The notes beneath the pieces were generated by a model. That model saw nothing but the letters and a program-made list of their open reading frames with translations, searched no databases and was not told the origin of the DNA. The translations under genes and the position numbers were made by a program. This document shows, in pieces, positions 17,142 through 23,900 of a stretch of DNA of 41,446 nucleotides. The stretch's first letter is position 1, and each line of letters begins with the position of its first letter. Source of the DNA: an uncultured Gammaproteobacteria bacterium (GTDB lineage: Bacteria > Patescibacteriota > Microgenomatia > UBA10105 > UBA927); the NCBI GenBank assembly GCA_964461825.1, contig CAYWVJ010000003.1, forward strand, positions 1-41,446, in the 5' to 3' direction.

Positions 17142-18203
17142 TCAAGATTGGGCGCGCCGCGCAATGGCCCACAATATACCGAACGAAATACCGGTCGAAA
17201 GAATGGAGCTTCCGCCGTAGGAAACGAACGGCAGCGTAATGCCGGTGATGGGCACGAGCCCCATGTTCATGCCGGCGTTGATGAAAATCTGCGCAAGGAG
17301 CATCGCAACGAGCCCCAACGAGTACGTGAATACGCGGCCGTCGGAAACAACGCCGCGCGTAAGCGGCCATACGATCCGTAACAGCAGCGTCGCGTATCCT
17401 CCAAGCAGCAGCAGTCCGCCGAAAAAGCCGAGCTCCTCGACAAGCGTCGCAAATATGAAATCCGTGTGGTACTCGGGCAAGAACCGCAGGTGCGATTGCG
17501 TGCCCAAACCCAACCCTCTGCCGAACAGTTTTCCGCTGCCCACGGCAATCATTGCCTGCAGCGCATTGTAACCGGCTCCTTTGGGGTCGATGCCGGGATT
17601 CACGAAGGTCGCGATCCGTGATTTTTGGTAGGACGCCAGATGCGACCACACGACCGGAATGCTAGCCGCCGCGACACCAAGCACTGCGGCAAACAGCCAG
17701 ACGGGCAACCCGCCGGCCAGGAGCATCGTTAGCCAAAACGCCGCGTACACGATGCTGCTTCCCAAATCCGGCTGCCGGAAAACGAGAAAAAACGGAACGA
17801 CAAACAGCCCCAGAAGCAGCGGCAGATTGGTAATCCTGCGCGGCGGATATTTTGCAATGAACGAGGCAAACGCCAGCAGCAAGAAAGGTTTCACGAGTTC
17901 CGAGGGTTGCAGCTGTACGCCGAACAAGAGTATCCAGCGCGTCGCGCCGCGGATTGACGGCCCGAGGTAACTCACGAGCAGGAATACGTTCGCCAGAACA
18001 TATCCGATTGGCGCAAACCACCAAAGAATCTCACCGTCGACGCGCGAAAGGAAAATCATGAGAAAAAATGCGACCGCAAGATATAAGAGCTGCGAGATAA
18101 ACAGCGACGGACTGATCGACAGAAGAATAAACAGTCCGAGACTGCCGATGCAGAAAAGGATAACCGCCGTTATCCAGTCGAAATGGTAAGCGTGTCTGCC
18201 CAT
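17142..18203 (-). CDS. rodA: SEDS-family peptidoglycan polymerase (RodA-type; second SEDS copy in the window)
   Basis: Polytopic, with SEDS motifs: LQPSELVKPFLLL, QPDLGSS, GAGYNALQAMIAVGSG, LPEYHTDFIFA, GITLPFVSYGGSS. Start at ATG 18203 overlaps the ileS 3' end. Confidence 0.8.
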   Translation of the reverse strand: MGRHAYHFDWITAVILFCIGSLGLFILLSISPSLFISQLLYLAVAFFLMIFLSRVDGEILWWFAPIGYVLANVFLLVSYLGPSIRGATRWILLFGVQLQPSELVKPFLLLAFASFIAKYPPRRITNLPLLLGLFVVPFFLVFRQPDLGSSIVYAAFWLTMLLAGGLPVWLFAAVLGVAAASIPVVWSHLASYQKSRIATFVNPGIDPKGAGYNALQAMIAVGSGKLFGRGLGLGTQSHLRFLPEYHTDFIFATLVEELGFFGGLLLLGGYATLLLRIVWPLTRGVVSDGRVFTYSLGLVAMLLAQIFINAGMNMGLVPITGITLPFVSYGGSSILSTGISFGILWAIARRAQS

Positions 18204-20959
18204 GAAACCGTGTCCGCGAGCGTTTCTTTCTGTATATACGCAAGGTGATCCGGCGAAAGCTGCGCTTTGTATTTTTCCGGCAGCGTGACGCCGATACGCG
18301 CACTGATCGCGCATTTCTGCCCTTTACGCAGCAGTTGGATCTCGCGGACCAGATCCCGCGCAGTGCCGTCAGCGCGCAGCGCGTCCGTGAGCGTTGTATC
18401 CAATGTTACGCTGAATTCCCCGACGGAATTTACTGCTTTTTTGACGTTCACTTCCTGTTCGATAATCGGCAGCGTCTGTGAAAGCGCCACCGGGGTCGTG
18501 CAGGTCATCGACGAAAGCGGCTGGCGTACGCGGATTTTCTGTTCCTTACGGATCGCGTGGGCGGCTTCCACGACGCGTCTGGCCAGCAGCATTTCGTTCT
18601 CAAGATCCTCATCAACCCTGCCTGCAGCCGGCCATGCTTCAAGATGCACGGATTCTTTTCCGGTCAGATTGCGGTAGATCTCTTCCGAAACAAACGGAAT
18701 AAGCGGCGCGAGCGCTTTCGAATACTCTGATAACACGGTCCAGAGCGTTTGGTACGCCTCCGGCCCGATACGAGTTCGGCTTTGCCGGACGTACCACTGT
18801 GAGAGATCTCTCATGAAAATCCATGCCTGCCCAACAATTTCTGGGGTATCATATTTCTCATATCCTTTTTCAGTCATGATTCTGATATTGCCATTCATAC
18901 GGGATAGTATCCATCGATCCATCACATGCGTTGGTGTAAACGGTTTATCTGACGGCTGCCAGTTGTCGGCACTCGCATACGTCACGAAAAAGTTATAAAC
19001 GTTCCATAACAGAAGCAGTGTGCCCCGAACCTGCGCCTTATAATCCGTCTCCGAAATCCGTATGTCTTCCGCGTGCATCACCGGCGATCCCAGAAGATAC
19101 AGCCGCAGCGCATCGCCGCCGTATTTCGCAAGCATTTCTTTGGGGTCAGGATAGTTGCCGTAATTTTTGCTCATTTTCCTGCCGTCGGTTCCCAAAATCA
19201 CGCCCGAAACAAGGACGTTGTTAAATGCGTGCGAATCGAAAATCGCAGTTGCAATGACGTGCAGCACGTAAAACCACGCGCGGATCTGCCCCGTATACTC
19301 GGTAATGAAATCCGGCGGGAAAAATTCCGTAAGCTTCAGCGATGTGTCAAACGGAAAATGGCGCTCGGCAAACGGCGCGCTGCCCGCCTCTATCCAGCTG
19401 TCAAGCACCTCAGGGACGCGGCGCGAGTCTTTGCCGCATTGTGCACAGGGAACGACGACCTCGTCAATGCCGGGTTTGTGAAGATCGGAAATTTTCGTAT
19501 GCGACGCCTGTTCGAGTTCGGCGATGGATCCGGGCACGAACCGGTGTCCGTCTGCACATTCCCACACCGGCACGGGACTGCCCCAGTACCGGCTGCGCGA
19601 TATGCACCAGTCCGGCGCGTTCTCCAGACTTTTGAGATACCTGCCGTACTTGAAATGGTCCGGGTACCAATTAACTTTTTCGTTCGTCGCCTTCATTTTT
19701 TCCTTCAGCGCCTGCACGTTTACGTACCATGCATCCTGCGGGGCATAATAGAGCCTCGTATGGCATCGCCAGCACGTCGGCACGGCGTGGGTATACTGAT
19801 CGATCCGGTAAATGAGCCCGCGGTTTTTAAGATCCTCGATGACGAGCGGGTCAACGTCGAGATAATATTTGCCGGCCCACTTGGGCACGTCCGGCTTCAT
19901 AACCCCTTCTTCGTCGACATGGAGTACGATCTGGATGTTTTCTTTCTGCATGACCGCCAGGTCCTCTTCACCGTATGCGGCGATGGTCACGATGCCCGTC
20001 CCTTCTTCCGCCGTCACAAAATCGCCGGGGATTACGACGAATGCTTTCTTGCCTTTGTCGACCGGATAAAAATCGTAGTGCGGAACGAATTTCTTTCCGA
20101 CGAGTTTTTCACCGGGAAATTCTTCGATAATTTTATACGGCTCGCCCGTCAGCATACCGGCCGTGGATTTCGCGAGAATATATTTTTCGTCACCTTGTTT
20201 AACTTTTATGTATGTCAATTTCGGATTCACCGCAAGTGCCGGCGTCGCGATTTTGTTCCAGGGCGTCGTGGACCACGCAAGAAAATACGTATCGAGCTCA
20301 TCCGCCAGCCGGTACATAAACACCGCAGTGGGCTCAGTCACTTCCTTATAGTTGTCCGCATCCATCGCAACTTCGAAATTCGAAATGGGCGTCACGTCAT
20401 GCGGACAGTACAGGGAAACCCGCAGCCCCTTGTACACGAGATTTTTATCGTACATCTGTTTGAAAACCCACATCACCGTTTCCATGTACGGCACGTCCAT
20501 GGTTTTGTAGGCGTTCGTAAAATCCACCCATCGGCCGACGTGGTCCACGTACCATTCCCATTCGCCGGAAACCGCCGACACGTACGCTTTACATTCGGCG
20601 ATAAACTTCCCGACGCCGATTTTTTCCTCAATGTCTTTTTTGCGTTTGATGCCGAGTTTTGCCTCGACCTTGTTTTCCGCCGGCAGGCCGTGGCAGTCCC
20701 AGCCCCATACGCGGCGCACGCGGAAGCCCTGCATCGTTTTATACCTCGGAAAAAGATCCTTGGGAATGCTCGAGAGCAGCGTGCCGTAATGCGGAAGTCC
20801 GGTGATAAACGGCGGGCCGTCCAGGAACGTCCAGTTGCCGTTTGGCGAATCGCGCGCTACCGACTTTTCGAAAATTTTATTGTCTTTCCAGTACGTGAGC
20901 ACCCGCTCCTCGAGTTCGGGAAAGTTGACCTGTGCTGAGACCGGATTAAACTTAGGCAT
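18170..20959 (-). CDS. ileS: isoleucine--tRNA ligase (type 2-like, compact 929 aa)
   Basis: FLDGPPFITGLPHYGTLL (HIGH region), GWDCHGLPAE, CWRCHT zinc knuckle, KMSKN. AGGAGA Shine-Dalgarno sequence 12 nt upstream of the ATG. Confidence 0.92.
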   Translation of the reverse strand: MPKFNPVSAQVNFPELEERVLTYWKDNKIFEKSVARDSPNGNWTFLDGPPFITGLPHYGTLLSSIPKDLFPRYKTMQGFRVRRVWGWDCHGLPAENKVEAKLGIKRKKDIEEKIGVGKFIAECKAYVSAVSGEWEWYVDHVGRWVDFTNAYKTMDVPYMETVMWVFKQMYDKNLVYKGLRVSLYCPHDVTPISNFEVAMDADNYKEVTEPTAVFMYRLADELDTYFLAWSTTPWNKIATPALAVNPKLTYIKVKQGDEKYILAKSTAGMLTGEPYKIIEEFPGEKLVGKKFVPHYDFYPVDKGKKAFVVIPGDFVTAEEGTGIVTIAAYGEEDLAVMQKENIQIVLHVDEEGVMKPDVPKWAGKYYLDVDPLVIEDLKNRGLIYRIDQYTHAVPTCWRCHTRLYYAPQDAWYVNVQALKEKMKATNEKVNWYPDHFKYGRYLKSLENAPDWCISRSRYWGSPVPVWECADGHRFVPGSIAELEQASHTKISDLHKPGIDEVVVPCAQCGKDSRRVPEVLDSWIEAGSAPFAERHFPFDTSLKLTEFFPPDFITEYTGQIRAWFYVLHVIATAIFDSHAFNNVLVSGVILGTDGRKMSKNYGNYPDPKEMLAKYGGDALRLYLLGSPVMHAEDIRISETDYKAQVRGTLLLLWNVYNFFVTYASADNWQPSDKPFTPTHVMDRWILSRMNGNIRIMTEKGYEKYDTPEIVGQAWIFMRDLSQWYVRQSRTRIGPEAYQTLWTVLSEYSKALAPLIPFVSEEIYRNLTGKESVHLEAWPAAGRVDEDLENEMLLARRVVEAAHAIRKEQKIRVRQPLSSMTCTTPVALSQTLPIIEQEVNVKKAVNSVGEFSVTLDTTLTDALRADGTARDLVREIQLLRKGQKCAISARIGVTLPEKYKAQLSPDHLAYIQKETLADTVSWADTLTISTG

Positions 20960-21075
20960 TATAAAACCGCTCTCCTTCTATTGAACCATAAAGCTTATTC
21001 AACTTTAAGGTTTATTATAAAGGACGAGCGGCTATAACTCCAGCTCCGGGGGCGGCAGCTTCCTGCACGTTCCTA

Positions 21076-21124
21076 CAAGGATAATCCTCGTAGCCTAGCT
21101 CCGCTGCCGCAGGAATGGGGGGAT
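21076..21124 (-). repeat. distal copy of a 49-nt imperfect direct repeat (18-nt perfect core plus relic ftsZ tail)
   Basis: 37/49 nt identical to 22723-22771. The core CAAGGATAATCCTCGTAG is 18/18 identical. Confidence 0.85.
21095..21124 (-). pseudogene. displaced ftsZ 3'-terminal fragment (IPPFLRQRS*)
   Basis: Minus strand reads TAA ATC CCC CCA TTC CTG CGG CAG CGG AGC TAG. This gives 8/9 residues plus the stop identical to the live ftsZ tail IPAFLRQRS*, in GC-rich host-like codons and preceded by an in-frame stop. Confidence 0.6.
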
Positions 21125-21231
21125 TTATAGGACAAACATGTCAATACGCTTCAACTTCTAGTGAGAAACAACAAAATAATCTAGCATTTTTCAGTCTACT
21201 GGGGAAAATGTATCAGAGATAAAGAACAAAA

Positions 21232-21834
21232 TCAATCAAGAATCGGCACGCACTGTTTTATTTCACTATTTCTAAAGAGGATGGATTTATTTGTTGTATA
21301 CATTAATCCTTTATTTGGATTACTCTCAAAGCCCAAATATATAACTTCTACTCCCCTTCTTCTCGCTTCAGCAATTGCGGGTTGTAAGTCAGAATCAGAA
21401 CTACAAACGATTGCTTTTTTTATTGCCCTATCACAACTAGAAGAAACGAGATCAACAGCAATCCTTACGTCAACGCCTTTTTCCTTAAATGTGATACGGG
21501 ATTTGCCATTAAACATAACGATCTGTGGTCTTACGTTACCTGCTAAAATAAATTCAAATCCCTGCTTTTCCAATGACGTTTTCAGTATTCGTTGTTTTTG
21601 TATTAACTCCTTGGATTTTTTTAGTGTTTCAGGAAACTCATGATATTCTCGTAATTTTGCAGCATAAAAAGTAAATTTGTCTATATGTTCGTTTGGCACT
21701 GATAAAGAGAGAAGTTTTTTTAGATCAACGTGAATACTATCTATTTTGTCTTTTTTGACACCTTCTTGCATGAGTGCATCTTCTAGTTTGAATAAAAAGT
21801 TTTCACCGTCAATAAATAAATAAGTATTCTCCAT
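21232..21834 (-). CDS. NYN-domain (LabA/limkain-type, PIN-like) protein
   Basis: YLFIDGENF at the N-terminus, KGVDVRIAVDLV, and IVCSSDSDLQPAIAEARRRGVEVIYLGF match the NYN (PF01936-type) acidic motifs. Confidence 0.8.
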   Translation of the reverse strand: MENTYLFIDGENFLFKLEDALMQEGVKKDKIDSIHVDLKKLLSLSVPNEHIDKFTFYAAKLREYHEFPETLKKSKELIQKQRILKTSLEKQGFEFILAGNVRPQIVMFNGKSRITFKEKGVDVRIAVDLVSSSCDRAIKKAIVCSSDSDLQPAIAEARRRGVEVIYLGFESNPNKGLMYTTNKSILFRNSEIKQCVPILD

Positions 21835-21843
21835 GTTATCTAA

Positions 21844-21852
21844 AGTATACCA
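21844..21852 (-). promoter_or_regulatory. candidate extended -10 promoter (TGGTATACT) for the NYN gene
   Basis: Minus strand reads TTTTTTAGTGGTATACTTTAGATAACATG. The -10 ends 9 nt before the ATG and no Shine-Dalgarno sequence is present. Confidence 0.45.
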
Positions 21853-21854
21853 CT

Positions 21855-21887
21855 AAAAAACCTCGTCGGGCTTTCGCATGGACGAGG
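21855..21887 (-). terminator. intrinsic terminator candidate (minus strand)
   Basis: CCTCGTC (21861-21867) pairs with GACGAGG (21881-21887), a 7-bp GC-rich stem with a 13-nt loop. On the minus strand it is followed by U6 (AAAAAA at 21855-21860 on plus). Confidence 0.55.
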
Positions 21888-22005
21888 CGTTTATGTTTAT
21901 ATAATACACTATTAGAATCTCCTTGTCAATAATTTAGATTGTTTAGACGCGCTATACGCTCTATTGACACTAATAAAAATAGTATACACATTATACAACT
22001 GGTTG

Positions 22006-22011
22006 TATAAT
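22006..22011 (+). promoter_or_regulatory. candidate -10 box (TATAAT) for the 22034 ORF
   Basis: Perfect TATAAT 22 nt upstream of the ATG. A weak -35 (TATACA) sits 17 nt upstream. AAGGA Shine-Dalgarno sequence at 22023-22027. Confidence 0.35.
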
Positions 22012-22033
22012 TAGGCTAGATAAAAGGATTTAT

Positions 22034-22408
22034 ATGTATATCAAAAAGGAAATTATAATTATACTCATTTTTCTTATATTGCTTGGAGCGGGATTTTACC
22101 TTTATTGGAATACACAGAAAGAAATTAACGCTCAAAAATTGCAAATAAATAATCTTCAGCAAACAATAGCTACAAACAATGATCGTATTACGCAATTAAC
22201 CTCAGAAAATGCAAGTTTAAGCAGCCAAATTAAATCCATCATATCGACTCCAACTCCAACAGCAGCCGTACGTTATGTAGCACCATCACATCCAGACCTA
22301 TCTAAATGTACAATGGAAGGGAATTTCTATTTTTGTAGCTCTGATAATTGTTATTACAATCCAAATGGTACTAAAACCGGCGTCTGTAAAATACCGTTTG
22401 GTCAGTAA
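22034..22408 (+). CDS. small membrane-anchored protein with a coiled-coil segment and a 4-Cys C-terminal module (hypothetical)
   Basis: TM helix IIIILIFLILLGAGFYLYW, heptad-like LQINNLQQTIATNNDRITQLTSENASLSSQIKSI, and C-terminus CTMEGNFYFCSSDNCYYNPNGTKTGVC. Has a good Shine-Dalgarno sequence and a -10 box. Confidence 0.6.
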   Translation: MYIKKEIIIILIFLILLGAGFYLYWNTQKEINAQKLQINNLQQTIATNNDRITQLTSENASLSSQIKSIISTPTPTAAVRYVAPSHPDLSKCTMEGNFYFCSSDNCYYNPNGTKTGVCKIPFGQ

Positions 22409-22454
22409 AAGCAAATTAGGATTCCTTCTTAATAAATAAATGGGATTTCATATA

Positions 22455-22480
22455 TAGGGATTAAAATGAATTAATCCCTA
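22455..22480. repeat. perfect 10-bp inverted repeat TAGGGATTAA-(6)-TTAATCCCTA
   Basis: Arms at 22455-22464 and 22471-22480, 47 nt downstream of the 22034 ORF stop. There is no clean U-tract on either strand. Confidence 0.6.
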
Positions 22481-22590
22481 CGCTCAAACCCCAAGCTACT
22501 CTTAAATATTCCTCGCAAGAACATTAGAAAATAACTTAGAAATATTGCATCTATGCATTGCTTAGGCTGTGTTACTGACTTCACCTAAGC

Positions 22591-22608
22591 CCCTCGCTGT
22601 CGCGAGGG
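22591..22608. repeat. GC-rich hairpin CCCTCGC-(TGTC)-GCGAGGG
   Basis: 7 perfect base pairs (22591-22597 with 22602-22608). Immediately preceded by the CTTAGG(17 nt)CCTAAG hairpin at 22561-22589. Confidence 0.5.
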
Positions 22609-22722
22609 CTATAGGCGGATTTACTACCTGATTACTGGGAATATCAAGAGAAAAATTGAGTGGGGTATTATCGGTGGGTAATCCGACACCGACAACACTT
22701 AAATCACACTTTTTTAATACTT

Positions 22723-22771
22723 CAAGGATAATCCTCGTAGGCTAACTTCTTTGTCTCAAAAACGCCGGGAT
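22723..22771 (-). repeat. proximal copy of the 49-nt imperfect direct repeat (live ftsZ tail plus 18-nt core)
   Basis: See 21076-21124. This copy includes the last 9 sense codons and the TAG stop of ftsZ. Confidence 0.85.
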
Positions 22772-23878
22772 GTCGAATTCGTCCTCTTCGGGAGGAAGCT
22801 CGTCGTCTGAAATCACCGGCGGAGCCGGAGGGGGTTTCATGTTTGACGTTTGGGAAACGGTCGGCTGCTGCGGCTGAGATGCCGCACCGTAACTTCGGCC
22901 CGAAAGTTCACGGAGCCGCTTCTTGGTCTCGTCAAACCCCGTGGCAATGACCGAAATTTTCACCTGGTCTACCATATTCTCGTCAATCGTCGCACCGAAA
23001 ATGATATTCGCATCCGGATCAACCGCCGCAGCGATCTGTTTGGCCGCTTCATCCACCTCCGCCATGGTGAGATCTTTGCCGCCGGTGATATTGAAAAGCA
23101 CGCCCTTGGCTCCGTCAATCGACATTTCCAAAAGCGGCGATGAAATTGCCGTCCGTGCCGCCGTGGCCGCGCGGTTTTCGCCGACGCCGGTACCTATGCC
23201 CATCAGGGACGATCCGGCGCTGGTCATGATCGTGCGCACGTCGGCAAAGTCCACGTTAATAAGCCCGGGCATCGTAATCAGATCTGCGATCCCCTGCACT
23301 CCCTGCCCCAGAACCGAATCCGTCACGCGAAACGCGTCTAACAGCGTCATTTTCTTATCAATGACTTCCAAAAGCCGCTGGTTGGGAATAACGATGAGCG
23401 TATCCACTTTATCTTTGAGGTTCGCAATGCCTTCCTCAGCCGTCACCATCCGGCGCGTCCCTTCAAACTGGAACGGTTTGGTCACGACCGCAACGGTCAG
23501 CGCTCCGAGTTCCTTGGCGATCTCCGCGATAATCGGCGTTGCGCCGGTGCCCGTGCCGCCGCCCTCGCCGCAGGTTAAAAACACCATGTCGGTGTCGCGC
23601 AAAAATTCCTTGAGCTTTTCGCGCGATTCCTCAGCCGCCTGTTTACCGATTTCCGGATTACCGCCGGCGCCCAGACCCCGCGTGAGATTTTCGCCGATCT
23701 GGATCTTTGTCTGCGCCTGGCACGTCAGAAGCGCCTGCGCATCGGTATTGACGCCTAAAAAATCCACGCCGCTTATCTGGCTCACTAAAATCATCGAGTT
23801 GATGGCGTTGCATCCGCCGCCGCCGATGCCGATGACCTTGATTTTGGCAAACCGCGCAATGTCTGGTTTTATGAGCAT
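22742..23878 (-). CDS. ftsZ: cell division GTPase FtsZ
   Basis: [44 protein letters not shown], and the C-terminal peptide [10 protein letters not shown]. Confidence 0.95.
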   Translation of the reverse strand: MLIKPDIARFAKIKVIGIGGGGCNAINSMILVSQISGVDFLGVNTDAQALLTCQAQTKIQIGENLTRGLGAGGNPEIGKQAAEESREKLKEFLRDTDMVFLTCGEGGGTGTGATPIIAEIAKELGALTVAVVTKPFQFEGTRRMVTAEEGIANLKDKVDTLIVIPNQRLLEVIDKKMTLLDAFRVTDSVLGQGVQGIADLITMPGLINVDFADVRTIMTSAGSSLMGIGTGVGENRAATAARTAISSPLLEMSIDGAKGVLFNITGGKDLTMAEVDEAAKQIAAAVDPDANIIFGATIDENMVDQVKISVIATGFDETKKRLRELSGRSYGAASQPQQPTVSQTSNMKPPPAPPVISDDELPPEEDEFDIPAFLRQRS

Positions 23879-23900
23879 AATACCGGGGGCAGTGGGTAGG

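Larger units (their letters stand above)
21125..22762. mobile_element. candidate integrated low-GC island (non-autonomous or decayed; no integrase)
   Basis: 35-40% GC (hand counts) between flanks of 55-65%. Bounded by the 49-nt repeat. Carries a replacement ftsZ tail in AT-rich codons. Confidence 0.45.

Noticed and set aside
16819-17649. Long N-terminal extensions of listed ORFs: rplU as 276 aa, also 1251..2504, 17142..18314, 26945..28144, 28011..29450 and 37266..38387.
   Set aside because: The extensions run deep into the upstream genes and encode Arg/Cys-rich junk. Internal ATGs give canonical protein N-termini and typical short overlaps.
19073-20938. 621-aa open reading frame on the plus strand.
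   Set aside because: It lies entirely antisense to ileS, which has unmistakable synthetase motifs. Its product is Arg/Pro/His-rich and low-complexity, as expected for a shadow ORF in high-GC coding DNA. The same applies to 22923-23915 (anti-ftsZ), 36289-37455 (anti-murA/murB), 4132-4929, 5151-5948, 7157-7825, 24202-24789, 25505-26260, 26967-27815 and 12792-13301.
21124-21144. TTGACA and TATAAA hexamers on the minus strand upstream of the relic.
   Set aside because: The spacer is only 9 nt, which is incompatible with a sigma70 -35/-10 pair. A plain TATAAT at 21014-21019 (minus) is a likelier but weak ileS promoter, and I did not list it as a feature.
20960-21231. Possible T-box riboswitch in the ileS leader.
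   Set aside because: No T-box sequence (AGGGUGGUACCGCG-like), no specifier-loop/K-turn architecture and no terminator U-tract could be found. The structure present is better explained by the ftsZ-tail relic plus the palindromic core.
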